DNA of 64,000 bases, from the NCBI GenBank assembly GCA_963674695.2, contig CAXXGI010000001.1, positions 160,001 to 224,000 on the forward strand, written 5' to 3'. Positions 10,272 through 20,167 of this stretch are shown in pieces (the first letter of the stretch is position 1; the number at the start of each line of letters is the position of its first letter). The DNA comes from a bacterium (GTDB lineage Bacteria; UBA10199; 2-02-FULL-44-16; JAAZCA01). The notes beneath the pieces are model-generated. The model saw only the letters and a program-made list of their open reading frames with translations. It had not been told where the DNA came from and searched no databases. The position numbers and the translations under genes are program-made.

Positions 10272-10850
10272 ATGCAACAGACCTTCTCTCTCATCGTCAA
10301 CGAGACGCAGCATGAGATCAGCTGCGAGCCGGATCGACTGCTCATCGATGTCCTGCGCGAGGATTTGCGGCTCACGGGGACGAAGAACGGCTGCGGCGTG
10401 GGTGTGTGCGGTTCCTGCACGGTCCTCATCGATGGGATCCCGAAGCGGGCGTGTCGGATGAAAATCAAAGACGTCGCCAACAAAAAAAATGAAGGACGAC
10501 CGATCCCTTCGGGATCTCGGACGAAGGACGAGGGACGAAAGAGCTCTTGCGTCCATCGTCCTAGCGAGCATTGCTCGGGAACGTCCATCGTCACCATCGA
10601 AGGTCTCGAGAAGGACGGCAACCTCCATCCGATCCAGCAGGCCTTTATCGACTGCGGCGCGATCCAGTGCGGCTTCTGCACGCCGGGGATGGTGCTCACG
10701 ACCAAGGCGCTCATCGACACAAACCCGAACCCGACGCGCGATGAGATCAAGAACGCGCTCAAAGGCAACCTCTGCCGCTGCACGGGCTATCAACAGATCT
10801 TCGAGGCCGTCGAGGAGGCGGCGAAGGTCATGCGCGGGCCATCGAAATAG
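10272..10850 (+). CDS. 2Fe-2S subunit of XDH-family molybdoenzyme (copy 1), with a repeat-derived insertion
   Basis: GTKNGCGVGVCGSC, QCGFCTPG, GNLCRCTGY; GGAG RBS. Confidence 0.92.
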   Translation: MQQTFSLIVNETQHEISCEPDRLLIDVLREDLRLTGTKNGCGVGVCGSCTVLIDGIPKRACRMKIKDVANKKNEGRPIPSGSRTKDEGRKSSCVHRPSEHCSGTSIVTIEGLEKDGNLHPIQQAFIDCGAIQCGFCTPGMVLTTKALIDTNPNPTRDEIKNALKGNLCRCTGYQQIFEAVEEAAKVMRGPSK

Positions 10851-10853
10851 CCG

Positions 10854-11996
10854 ATGACGAAACGATCCTCTCCCATGCATCCCCTCGACGAAAAACGCAT
10901 CCGCTCCTTTCAGCGCCGGTTGCTGAATTGGTTCGCGCGCGAGGGGCGGGACCTGCCGTGGCGACGCACGCGCAACCCCTATCGCGTCTGGGTCTCGGAA
11001 GTGATGCTGCAGCAGACGCAGGTCGATCGCGTCATCGATTTCTACCATCGGTTTTTGAAGCGATTTCCGACGGTGACGAAGCTTGCCCGCGCCGAATGGG
11101 AGGAGGTCCTCGAATGCTGGCGCGGCCTGGGCTACTACGGCCGCGCGCGCAATATGATGAAGACCGCCCAGGCAGTGGCGATCGATCACCGCGGACGCTT
11201 TCCCCGCACCGCCGAGGCGCTGGAAGAACTCCCCGGCATCGGACCCTACACCGCGCGCTCGATCTCGGTCTTTGCCTTCGAGCAGGACCACCTGGTGCTC
11301 GATACGAACACCAGCCGCGTGATCGGACGCGTCTTCGGGTTTTGCGAGGAGAAGCTCAAGCTTCGCGACGCGCTGATGCAACACGCCGACGCCTTCGTCC
11401 CCAAGGGCAAGGCCTGGCCCTTCCACCAGGGCCTCATGGACCTGGGCGCGACGATCTGCACGGCAAAGCTGCCGCAGTGCGAATGTTGCCCAATGGCGAA
11501 TATCTGCACCTTTCTTGAGATCAGAGATACAAAACCCGAGATCCGAAACCGAAAATTGAAAACAACAGCCAAACGGATCACGTGTCACGTGTCACGTGTC
11601 ACGGAAGTCGCTGCCGCCGTCATCCATCGCGAAGGAAAGATCCTCGTGACAAATCGCCCACGCGGACACCTGAAGGGATACTGGGAATTCCCCGGGGGGA
11701 AACGGGAACGCGGCGAGGATTGGCGCCACTGCCTCAAACGCGAAATCCGCGAGGAGCTGGGCATCGAGGTCGCCGTGCGCCCACACGATTGGAAGGAGAC
11801 CTACGCCTATCCGGATCGCACCGTGCACACCCGCTTCCATCGCTGTTCGATCCTCACAGGCGACCCCACCCCACAGGAGGGGCAGCGAATTCGATGGGTG
11901 ACGCCGGAAACGCTGACCACGCTGCGCTTCCCACCCGCCGACAGAACCATCGTCAAAGCCCTCTCACAGGCCCGTTTCGTCGATCCACACCGATAG
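10854..11996 (+). CDS. mutY: A/G-specific adenine glycosylase with MutT-like NUDIX C-terminal domain
   Basis: RDLPWR, VSEVMLQQTQV, GLGYY, LPGIGPYTA, CTAKLPQCECCP FeS loop, WEFPGGK. Confidence 0.93.
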   Translation: MTKRSSPMHPLDEKRIRSFQRRLLNWFAREGRDLPWRRTRNPYRVWVSEVMLQQTQVDRVIDFYHRFLKRFPTVTKLARAEWEEVLECWRGLGYYGRARNMMKTAQAVAIDHRGRFPRTAEALEELPGIGPYTARSISVFAFEQDHLVLDTNTSRVIGRVFGFCEEKLKLRDALMQHADAFVPKGKAWPFHQGLMDLGATICTAKLPQCECCPMANICTFLEIRDTKPEIRNRKLKTTAKRITCHVSRVTEVAAAVIHREGKILVTNRPRGHLKGYWEFPGGKRERGEDWRHCLKREIREELGIEVAVRPHDWKETYAYPDRTVHTRFHRCSILTGDPTPQEGQRIRWVTPETLTTLRFPPADRTIVKALSQARFVDPHR

Positions 11997-12040
11997 AGCA
12001 TCAGGCGAGTCAGGCGAGACAAGCATATGAGCCGCCGCGA

Positions 12041-12098
12041 GGGGAAATGGGGTGCGTCTGGAACAAGCTTCATCTGTGAAGATGCACCCCATTTCCCC
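12041..12098. repeat. 19-bp inverted repeat (REP-like hairpin)
   Basis: GGGGAAATGGGGTGCGTCT...AGATGCACCCCATTTCCCC. Confidence 0.7.
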
Positions 12099-12145
12099 GG
12101 GAGGCGGCATCCAAACATACTCTTGGCTATGTTCAAAAAACCACG

Positions 12146-12172
12146 CAACTTTTTGGGGGAAATATGCGATAA
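12146..12172 (+). promoter_or_regulatory. CAAC-N17-CGATAA motif (sigma28-like)
   Basis: CGCAACTTTTTGGGGGAAATATGCGATAA upstream of 12206. Confidence 0.55.
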
Positions 12173-12205
12173 GGGAGTAATTGCTATCACTTCAAGGAGG
12201 TCTTC

Positions 12206-12532
12206 ATGCGTACGCTTCTCGTCGCCGTCCTGCTCGTCTTCATCACCTCCCCCGCGTGGGCGAGCTGCCCCACCGGAGACACCATCGACATCCGCTGCAC
12301 CGACACGAGTGCGCGCTCCTATGTCGTGATCGGCCAGGTAGAGGGAAGCGATGCCGACCTCATGAAGGTAAAATGCCGCATGCGCGAAAACGCCTCGAAC
12401 ATGGGCGCGGACGCCGTGCTCAACTACGATGTGACGATGGGTTCGAGCACCACGCCCAGCACCGCAAAGGGCATCGCCGTGCGCTACGCCAAGCCCGGCG
12501 AGACGGGAACGTACTATCTTTCGGGGAAGTAG
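12206..12532 (+). CDS. Small secreted hypothetical protein (YbjQ-like fold possible)
   Basis: AAGGAGG RBS; signal peptide ending AWA; MGADAVLN...AKGIAVR motif. Confidence 0.7.
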   Translation: MRTLLVAVLLVFITSPAWASCPTGDTIDIRCTDTSARSYVVIGQVEGSDADLMKVKCRMRENASNMGADAVLNYDVTMGSSTTPSTAKGIAVRYAKPGETGTYYLSGK

Positions 12533-12550
12533 CAGTTCAGTTGTTACGTC

Positions 12551-12594
12551 TGTCATTCAGACTGGATCCCCGACTCAAGCTCTCGGGGATGACA
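12551..12594. repeat. CGTC-type REP (partial)
   Basis: GGATCCCCGACTCAAGCTCTCGGGGATGACA between convergent genes. Confidence 0.65.
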
Positions 12595-12601
12595 AGCGAC
12601 C

Positions 12602-13867
12602 TCAGAATCCATCGACGTCCAGTCTCTCACCCGCCACATAGGTCGCCTCGATCGCCTGGCCGTCGCCGCGGTACATGAGGAGCGAGAGGATCTCGTCGGT
12701 CGCCAGATCCGCCAAGCGGAAAGAGGGATCGATTCGCTCGACGGCGCAGATATTGAAATCCGCAAACATTCCCGCTTCGAGCGAGCCAACATCCCCCTCC
12801 ATCGACATGACGCGCGCGCCACCCTGGGTCGCCAACCAGAAAGTCTTGATCGGCGTCATCGTCGCATGCATCTGCGCATAGTCGGCGTGCCGCATCTCGG
12901 TGAAGATCGACATCGACGTCCCCGCACCGACATCCGTGCCCAGGGCATAGTCGACTCCCGCTGCCTCCACCTTGGCCGCCGGCATCGCTCCGCTCTTCAA
13001 GAAGAAGTTCGACGTCGGGCAGTGGGCGATCTTCGTCCCCGTCGCGGCAAGCCGAACGAACGCATCGTCGTTCAGGTGGATCGCATGCGCCAAAACCGTG
13101 CGCGCACCGAGGCAGTCCATATCCTCGAAGAGGGCGACGGAGTCGGCATATTGCGGATAGAGCTCGCGCACGCGCGCGTTCTCGCCCTCGGTCTCGGCGA
13201 TATGACTCTGCAGATACGCACCGGATTCGCGCGCAAGCCTTCCCACCTCGCGCAGGAGTTCGAGCGAACAGGTGGGGACGAACCGCGGCGTGAAGGCATA
13301 GCGCAGCCGTCCGCCCTCGGCGCCGTTCCACTTGGCGCACATACGTTCGCTCTCATTCAATGAATCGCTCGTCTTTTCGAGAAGTCCTGCAGGTGAATAC
13401 TGATCCATCATCACCTTCCCGATAAACCCGCGCACGCCGGCCGCACGCATGATCTCGAAACAGCGATCGGTCGCATCGGCATGGATCGAGGCATAGAGGC
13501 CCGCGGTCGTCGTCCCGTTGAGGATGAGTTTTTTGAAGAAACGGCGCGCGACATCCTCGACGACTTTCGGATCGGCGAAGGCCTTCTCCGCAGGAAAGAT
13601 GTAGCGGTCGAGCCAATCGAGCAGCGTGGCCCCGTGTTTGCCGCGACAGTCGAGCTGCGGAATATGGCTGTGCACGTCGACGAGCCCGGGAATGAGGAGA
13701 TGGCCGGAGAAATCCTCGACCGGGCCGGAGAACGCGCCGTCCCACGGCCCACAGGAGAGGATGCGCCCATCGCTGCCCACGACGAGAAGGCCGTCGGGGA
13801 TATCGACGACCGCATCGGGCGCGGTGGCGAAGAGGATCCGTGCGCGAAAGGCGCGCGTGGCAGCCAT
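12602..13867 (-). CDS. guaD: Guanine deaminase
   Basis: PGLVDVHSHIPQ, LLDWL..YIFPAE, TPRF, QSHIAE, AHAIHL, HCPTSNFFL, GTDVGAG. Start may be GTG at 13873. Confidence 0.92.
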   Translation of the reverse strand: MAATRAFRARILFATAPDAVVDIPDGLLVVGSDGRILSCGPWDGAFSGPVEDFSGHLLIPGLVDVHSHIPQLDCRGKHGATLLDWLDRYIFPAEKAFADPKVVEDVARRFFKKLILNGTTTAGLYASIHADATDRCFEIMRAAGVRGFIGKVMMDQYSPAGLLEKTSDSLNESERMCAKWNGAEGGRLRYAFTPRFVPTCSLELLREVGRLARESGAYLQSHIAETEGENARVRELYPQYADSVALFEDMDCLGARTVLAHAIHLNDDAFVRLAATGTKIAHCPTSNFFLKSGAMPAAKVEAAGVDYALGTDVGAGTSMSIFTEMRHADYAQMHATMTPIKTFWLATQGGARVMSMEGDVGSLEAGMFADFNICAVERIDPSFRLADLATDEILSLLMYRGDGQAIEATYVAGERLDVDGF

Positions 13868-13869
13868 AT

Positions 13870-14076
13870 TCACTCGGGCTCCTTGTGCATCGCGGCCACG
13901 GCCTCGAGCAGCTCCTCCTCCTCGGCCGGCCGATCGGCGATGCGATAGCGCTCGGCCGCCCAATCGCCCAGGTCGATGAGTCGGCAGCGCCTCGAACAGA
14001 AGGGGCGATGCGGATTGTTCTCCCAAGCGGCGGGTTTGCGACAGTGTGGACAGCGATATTCGATGGAATCGTTCAT
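13870..14076 (-). CDS. yacG: DNA gyrase inhibitor YacG
   Basis: CPHCRK...[23 protein letters not shown]. Confidence 0.92.
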   Translation of the reverse strand: MNDSIEYRCPHCRKPAAWENNPHRPFCSRRCRLIDLGDWAAERYRIADRPAEEEELLEAVAAMHKEPE

Positions 14077-14179
14077 GGCCAAACGGCTTACCCCGTTCCC
14101 GAAGAAATGACAAGCCTCGGGGCCTGCCGGCGCGTTTCTTCTTGCCGCATGTGGCACACGCTGCTATCGCAGCGCCCAT

Positions 14180-14929
14180 ATGGAGAAGGGAATCCCCGCC
14201 GTTTCACTCATCATCCCGGCCCATAACGACCGCTTGCGCATGGCGGCTCGCGACGTCCTCGCACGCTATCATCGCGCGCTCGCCGATCGTTTCGGCGATG
14301 CCTTCGAAATGATCGTCGTTGCCAACGCTTGCCACGACGACACGGCACAATGGATCGATGAGCAGCGCCGAAATCTTTCGCACCTCCGCCAGATTGCGCT
14401 GCCGATACGCGGAAAGGGATCCGCCCTTATCGCCGGTTTTCGATCGGCCCGTGGCAACGCCATCGCCTTCGCTGATGCGGATGGAGCGGCATCTCCCCAC
14501 TCCCTCGTCGCCGTGATCAACGCCCTCGCTGACGCCGATGCCGTCATCGGCTCCCGCTACTCGGCCCACTCAACCCTCTCGCGTCGGCAACCTCCGGCGC
14601 GGCGCGCGATCGGCCGCGCTGCGCGACTCCTGATCCGCACGCTGTTCCCGTTCCGTTTCGACGATATGCTCTGCGGCTGCAAGGCCTTCCGCCGCGAAGC
14701 GATCGACGCCATCCTTCCGACGCTTTCCGAACCGTCGGCGGCCATCGACATCGACATCTTAGACGCGCTCACCCGCATGGGGTTCTCCATCCGCGAGGTG
14801 CCGATCCAGTGGGAGCACGTCGACTCATCGAAGATGGCGCTCCGAAAAATGCTGGGCTGGCCGTTCGCCCTCCTGCGCATTCGCTTCTCACAGAAACGCG
14901 CGCACAACCGCTGTCGAGACAACCGATGA
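14180..14929 (+). CDS. GT2 glycosyltransferase (polyprenol-phosphate sugar synthase/DPG-synthase-like)
   Basis: SLIIPAHN, GKGSAL..G, FADADG, VIGSR, D..CGCKAFRR, IREVPIQW. Confidence 0.85.
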   Translation: MEKGIPAVSLIIPAHNDRLRMAARDVLARYHRALADRFGDAFEMIVVANACHDDTAQWIDEQRRNLSHLRQIALPIRGKGSALIAGFRSARGNAIAFADADGAASPHSLVAVINALADADAVIGSRYSAHSTLSRRQPPARRAIGRAARLLIRTLFPFRFDDMLCGCKAFRREAIDAILPTLSEPSAAIDIDILDALTRMGFSIREVPIQWEHVDSSKMALRKMLGWPFALLRIRFSQKRAHNRCRDNR

Positions 14930-16464
14930 CGCCACCCTGCGACATTCCCGTGAATGCCGAGCGTTCGGAACACATCCGAAAGGGAGTCCTGTTCTTCATC
15001 CTCCTCGTCCTTCTCATCAACCTCGGTTTCTTCGCTCAGATGAGTGCCACCATCCTGCAATACCCTTATTCCATCGACGAGGTGGAGGGATCGACCTGGG
15101 CCTCGGTCGATTGGATGGATGAAATCGGGGCCTATCCGGATTATCTGCAGCATCCGTATATCCCCACCTCGTATCCGCCGCTCTTCTATGTCGCCACGCG
15201 CGCGATGGGGGTCGTCGCCGGAAACACGATGCTGGCGGGGAGGTTGGTGAGTCTGCTGGCCACGCTCGCGACGGCACTCGTCGTCGGCCTCTTCGTCCGC
15301 CGCTGGACACAAGACCGAATGCTCGCCCTCATCGGAGGGCTCCTGTTCCTGGCGGGCAATACCCCCTTCGCCTGGGGCATGCTCTATCGCGTCGATGCCC
15401 TGGCCACGCTCCTGACCGCGCTGGGGCTCTTCTTCGCATTGAGCCCCGGCCTCACCCGCCGACGAATTATCGTCGCCGCCCTCTTTTTCCTCGCCGCCTG
15501 GTTCACGAAACAGACCGCGCTCTTCGGCGCATGCACCGCCGCCGTTTATCTCCTCTGGGCAAGCTTCACCCACCGCGACGATCGGCAGCATCCCTCGCCC
15601 GCGTTTGTGATCGTCGTGATCGCCGCCACCATGCTCGCCGCCGGCGCCCTCATCGGCATCCTGCAGGCGACAACCCACGGCCGCTACTGGATGAACGCCT
15701 TCGGCCTGATGAGCAACCTCACCCATTTTTCATGGCAGCCGGGCGCCATGCTGACACAAGACTTCTTTCTCCTCTACACGCCGCTGATCTTTGCCGTCGC
15801 TTTCTTTCTCATCATCGAACAACGACGCATCCGACACGAAGCGCCCGCACTCCTCTTTCTGGGGGGCGGCCTCCTCTTCGTCATCGCCTGCCTCCCCATG
15901 ATGCTCTTTCGCGTCGGATCGAACACCAACTACTTCGTGCGCCCGCACCTCCTGCTCGTCCTCCTCGCGCCGATCGGAATCGCATGGTGTCGGCGAAAAT
16001 GGGCGCGCATGAGCATGGTCACCGCACCGTTCCTCTTCGTCCTGATCACACTTCCCTTCCCCGGGAATCCCATCAACGGATGGTCCTACGTCCCCTGGCA
16101 GATGAGCGCCGTCCTCGAAGAGGATCGCGCGGTGAAGGACGCGGTGGCCGAACGGATCTGCGCCGAAGAGGGGGAGGTTCTCTCCGACGACCTGTCCATT
16201 CCGCTCTCCTGCGGAAAGCGCGCGATCTTCGAACCCTTCCTCATGGACGAGCTGCGCCGCCGCGGCTTTTGGGATCCCAAACCGTTTGTCGCGGATGTCA
16301 CCGATGGGCGCTATCGCCTGGCGGCGTATTCCGGCCGCTTTCACTACGTCCCCTTCGTGCGGGATGCATTGACAACCCGCTACAAACCGATATTCATGGC
16401 CCAGACGCCGAAGCCCGTCTGGGATATCACCCAATGGAAGGTTCTCGAATGGAAACAGCCGTAA
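14926..16464 (+). CDS. Multi-pass membrane glycosyltransferase (GT-C/ArnT-PMT-like)
   Basis: YPYSIDEVEG, YPPLFY, RVD, FTKQT motifs; many TM segments; ATGA overlap with the GT2 gene. Confidence 0.75.
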   Translation: MTPPCDIPVNAERSEHIRKGVLFFILLVLLINLGFFAQMSATILQYPYSIDEVEGSTWASVDWMDEIGAYPDYLQHPYIPTSYPPLFYVATRAMGVVAGNTMLAGRLVSLLATLATALVVGLFVRRWTQDRMLALIGGLLFLAGNTPFAWGMLYRVDALATLLTALGLFFALSPGLTRRRIIVAALFFLAAWFTKQTALFGACTAAVYLLWASFTHRDDRQHPSPAFVIVVIAATMLAAGALIGILQATTHGRYWMNAFGLMSNLTHFSWQPGAMLTQDFFLLYTPLIFAVAFFLIIEQRRIRHEAPALLFLGGGLLFVIACLPMMLFRVGSNTNYFVRPHLLLVLLAPIGIAWCRRKWARMSMVTAPFLFVLITLPFPGNPINGWSYVPWQMSAVLEEDRAVKDAVAERICAEEGEVLSDDLSIPLSCGKRAIFEPFLMDELRRRGFWDPKPFVADVTDGRYRLAAYSGRFHYVPFVRDALTTRYKPIFMAQTPKPVWDITQWKVLEWKQP

Positions 16465-17828
16465 TCCCCTCGCCCTATGTCTGCGAACCGAAGGTCCCCC
16501 CCCTGGAGAACTACCTCAACCGGGTGGCGCGCAACCATGCCCGCATTCTCAATCACCTCCCGCTGCTGCGGCGAAAGATCGACATCGGCAAACGCCTGGG
16601 ACTCGTCGAACACGAGGGTCTCGCCCCGGCCACATTCGAAGCCAACATGGCCGCGCTCACACAACTCCAACACGACGAATGCACCGTATCGGAGATCCTG
16701 CCCGAACTTGCCGCTCGTGCGGGGTTCGGCGACGATCGCTCGGCCACACAGGAATACGCCTCGCTCGTCGATGAACTCACGCACGCCGGACACATCGAGC
16801 TGCACCCGACCGACATCTGCGATCACAAGTGCGTCGCCTGCTACTATGCCGACAAGGGGACGGCGACGATGCCGATCGAGAAGTTCGAGGAGATCCCCGC
16901 ACTCGTGCGCCCGCGCTCTATCGTCCTCGTCGGCGGCGGCGAACCCGGGCTCTACAAAAACGGCCCCCACCGTCTTGGCGACGCGATCGATCGCATTGTC
17001 TCGACCGACCGCAACATCCAGCTGGGCATGGTGACGAAGGGCACGAACATCCCACGTGGCGACTGGCAGCAATACCTCCAATGGATCCGCATCTCCTTCG
17101 ACGCCGCCACGCCCGACATGTTTGAAACGATGAAGAAGCGCGACGCCTTCGACCTGGTGCTGAAGAATTTCTTCTCCTATCTTTCGGGGCCCATCCCGCA
17201 CGTCGGCACGGGCTTCCTCTATTGCAGCGTGAACATTCATGAAACCGCAGCGTTTGCCGAGATGATCTATCGACAGGTGATGGAGCACGCGCCCGAACTC
17301 ATCTCCAAAGCAAACATCCAATACCGACCGCTGCGCCCCGCACCCGACTTTCCCGAGAAGCGCCGCAAGGGACACGTCGATCTGACCTGGCTCTGCCCCG
17401 ACGATCAGGTGCGCCGCGCCATCGCCGCATTCGAATCGCTCTACGAGCGCGACGAAGACATGCGCCTATTCCTGCAGACGGCAACCAACTGGCAGAAGGT
17501 CGGCGAGGGCAACGACATGCGCGCCAGCCGCCCCTTCGACCGTTGTTACTATTCGCTCCTCTTCCGACTCTATCGCCCCGACGGCGATGTCTTTCCCTGC
17601 TTCGTTCGCGTGAACGATCCCGCCTATCGACTGGGACAGGCATTCGGCCTGCCCGAGGAGGAGCGACTTCGGATCAATCTCGTCACCTTTCTCGCCTACA
17701 ACCGACAGCTGCCCTATTGCTGCCCGGAGCGCTGCCGAATGTGCTGGGTCAACCACCCCGCTGCCGAAGGTTTTCACGGACGGCTGTCGCCGCCCGAAGG
17801 CGATGCAGCCGAGAGTTCCTTTTTCTGA
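16449..17828 (+). CDS. Radical SAM protein with C-terminal SPASM/twitch-like Cys motif
   Basis: CDHKCVAC, GGGEP, IRISFDA, CYY...DGDVFPC...CPERCRMC; start uncertain. Confidence 0.85.
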   Translation: METAVIPSPYVCEPKVPPLENYLNRVARNHARILNHLPLLRRKIDIGKRLGLVEHEGLAPATFEANMAALTQLQHDECTVSEILPELAARAGFGDDRSATQEYASLVDELTHAGHIELHPTDICDHKCVACYYADKGTATMPIEKFEEIPALVRPRSIVLVGGGEPGLYKNGPHRLGDAIDRIVSTDRNIQLGMVTKGTNIPRGDWQQYLQWIRISFDAATPDMFETMKKRDAFDLVLKNFFSYLSGPIPHVGTGFLYCSVNIHETAAFAEMIYRQVMEHAPELISKANIQYRPLRPAPDFPEKRRKGHVDLTWLCPDDQVRRAIAAFESLYERDEDMRLFLQTATNWQKVGEGNDMRASRPFDRCYYSLLFRLYRPDGDVFPCFVRVNDPAYRLGQAFGLPEEERLRINLVTFLAYNRQLPYCCPERCRMCWVNHPAAEGFHGRLSPPEGDAAESSFF

Positions 17829-17870
17829 TCACGCTTCACGTGTCACGAGTTACGTGTCACGAGTCACGGG
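17829..17870 (+). repeat. Heptamer tandem repeat (TCACGNG-like x6)
   Basis: tcacgct tcacgtg tcacgag ttacgtg tcacgag tcacggg. Confidence 0.8.
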
Positions 17871-17876
17871 CTTTCT

Positions 17877-19751
17877 ATGTGCGGCATCTGCGGATTCATC
17901 GACATCGATCTCCCTCAGCCTGAGCGACGCGTGCGACTGCAGGCCATGCTCGCGGCGATGGATCGCCGCGGTCGCGAATCGGGCACCCACCTGGATGAGA
18001 CCGTCGCCCTCGGCTGCCGACGGCTTCCGCTCGTGGACATCGCCCGTGGCCATCAGCCGATCCGAGATGAGCGCGAACGCATTCGCGCCGTGGTCAACGG
18101 TGAGATCACCAACAGCATCGAACTGAGGCGTGAACTCGAAGGACGCGGCCACCGCTTCCGTTCGGAGAGCGACGCCGAGGTCGTCGTTCACCTCTACGAG
18201 GAGGACGGCATCGACTTCCTCGCTCGCCTCGAAGGGATGTTCGCCGTCGCCCTCTGGGATGGTGAGCGCCGACGCCTCGTGCTCGGACGCGATCCGGTCG
18301 GCATCAAGCCGCTGTTCATCGCCGAGGAGGGAGGCGGCCTCTGGTTCGCCTCCAGCATCCCCGCCCTCTTGGCCGGGAGCCACCTCCCGCGCGACCTGGA
18401 TGAGACCGCACTGATCGCCTATTGCCACCTCCAGTATGTGCCACGCCCGCACACGATCTATCGTCACATCCGCGCCCTCCTGCCGGGCCAGCGCCTCGTG
18501 CGACAGGGCGAAACCCATCGCATCGATGCTTTCCGGCGATGGGAGATCAACACGTGCCAAGAGAGCACGCCGCACCTCGCCGATGCCGTACGCAATGCGC
18601 TCACCGATTCGGTCCAGCGCTGCCTGATGGGAGAGACGCGCAAGGGCGTCCTGCTCTCGGGCGGCGTTGATTCATCGGCGATCGCCGTACTCGCTGCGCG
18701 GCATATCCCGCAACTGCCCACCTATGCCGCCGTCTTCGACGAGACGAGCTTCGACGAACGCAACGAAGCCGCGCGCGTCGCGCGTTTCATCGGCAGCGAC
18801 CATCACGAAGTGGAGATCACCGCCGACGGCATCCTCGACGCCCTGCCGACATTCCTCGCGCAGATGGGCGAACCGTTCGCGGAGGGCTCTGCGCTGCCGC
18901 TCTTTCTCGTCTGCGCACGCGCCTCCGAGGATGTGCCGGTGCTCCTGTCGGGCGAGGGCAGCGACGAACTCTTCGGCGGCTATGAGACCTATCGGGCACA
19001 CCTCATCGCCAAGCGCTGGTCGCGGCTGCCCGCATGGATGAGGACATCCGTCACAACTGCGGCCGCGCGGCTGCCCGTCTCGCACCGGAAGCTGAGTTGG
19101 GAATTCAGACTGAAGCGGTTTCTGGCAGGCGCGCACCTCCCACCCTGGCAAGCACGTCTGCTCTGGAAGGGAACGGCCGCTCCCGAAACGATTCGAAGCG
19201 CGTTGGCGCTGCCTCCTGATCGCATCGCCGCCGCTTGGGGCGAACTCGACCGGTTCGCCCGCGATCGGTATGAACATCTGGCGCACGGCGATGAGCTGGC
19301 GCGGCTGGGATTTCTCGACTTCTCCCTCTCGCTTCCCGACGACCTGCTCATGCGCGCCGATCTCGTCGGCATGGCGCACACGGTCGAGATCCGCGTCCCG
19401 GTCCTCTCCTCGGAACTCGTCCGCCTGGGGCTCGGTCTCCCGGAACAGAAGCGTGCGACGACCCGACGTGACAAGATCCTCTGGCGACAGGCCCTCGAAC
19501 CGATCCTCCCCCCCGGGCTCGCCCATCGGAGAAAACGGGGGCTCAACCTCCCCTACGCCCAGTGGCTGTGTTCACCCCGATGGCAACAGTGGCTGATGGA
19601 CGCCATCGACACAAATACCCTTGAGATTTCCGCGCTTTTCCATAAGAATGCGCTGCGACGGCTGGCGGATGAACACTTCACCCGACGCCGCGATCATGGC
19701 CACCTGCTCTGGACCATAGGGGTTCTCCACTCATGGAAACATACCCGCTGA
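17877..19751 (+). CDS. asnB: Asparagine synthase (glutamine-hydrolysing)-family amidotransferase
   Basis: MCGICG N-terminus, NGEI, RDPVGIKPL, LLSGGVDSS, LSGEGSDELFGGY. Confidence 0.9.
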   Translation: MCGICGFIDIDLPQPERRVRLQAMLAAMDRRGRESGTHLDETVALGCRRLPLVDIARGHQPIRDERERIRAVVNGEITNSIELRRELEGRGHRFRSESDAEVVVHLYEEDGIDFLARLEGMFAVALWDGERRRLVLGRDPVGIKPLFIAEEGGGLWFASSIPALLAGSHLPRDLDETALIAYCHLQYVPRPHTIYRHIRALLPGQRLVRQGETHRIDAFRRWEINTCQESTPHLADAVRNALTDSVQRCLMGETRKGVLLSGGVDSSAIAVLAARHIPQLPTYAAVFDETSFDERNEAARVARFIGSDHHEVEITADGILDALPTFLAQMGEPFAEGSALPLFLVCARASEDVPVLLSGEGSDELFGGYETYRAHLIAKRWSRLPAWMRTSVTTAAARLPVSHRKLSWEFRLKRFLAGAHLPPWQARLLWKGTAAPETIRSALALPPDRIAAAWGELDRFARDRYEHLAHGDELARLGFLDFSLSLPDDLLMRADLVGMAHTVEIRVPVLSSELVRLGLGLPEQKRATTRRDKILWRQALEPILPPGLAHRRKRGLNLPYAQWLCSPRWQQWLMDAIDTNTLEISALFHKNALRRLADEHFTRRRDHGHLLWTIGVLHSWKHTR

Positions 19752-20167
19752 CGCAACCCGTTCCCCAAACCAAACGGAACCGACGCCAGTCGGGCTTCAC
19801 GCTCATCGAGCTGGTTCTCGTCATCCTCCTGCTCGGCATCATGTCGCTCACAGCCTTCAGCATCTTCTACGATATCTCCGATGAGGCCTATGAGAGTACC
19901 GAGATGACGATCGTCAGCAGCGTGCGTTCCGGCATCGACTTGAGTTCTATGGAGAACATGATCAACCTCGGCACCTTCTCCTTTCCCACAACGCTCGACA
20001 GCGCCACCAACGGCACCGCCTCCCCCAGCAACCCCTTCTTCACCGAAGTCTTGAACAGCGGCATCACGGAGAACTGGAACAAATCCGGGCCCAACCTCTA
20101 TCTCTTCGCACCGACCGGCACGCAGTATCTCTACGATAGCAACACGGGAAAGTTCGAAGAACAATGA
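19733..20167 (+). CDS. Type IV pilin/pseudopilin (prepilin N-methylation motif)
   Basis: Basic leader KRNRRQSG then FTLIELVLVILLLGIMS. Confidence 0.88.
   Translation: METYPLTQPVPQTKRNRRQSGFTLIELVLVILLLGIMSLTAFSIFYDISDEAYESTEMTIVSSVRSGIDLSSMENMINLGTFSFPTTLDSATNGTASPSNPFFTEVLNSGITENWNKSGPNLYLFAPTGTQYLYDSNTGKFEEQ

Noticed and set aside
15531-16448. Long N-terminal extension of the radical SAM ORF
   Set aside because: Out-of-frame overlap with the GT-C gene, Arg/Pro-rich shadow composition
17877-19751. Lasso-peptide cyclase / RiPP cluster
   Set aside because: Intact glutaminase Cys (MCGICG); no B1/B2 proteins or precursor peptide; glycosyltransferase context fits glycan amidation better
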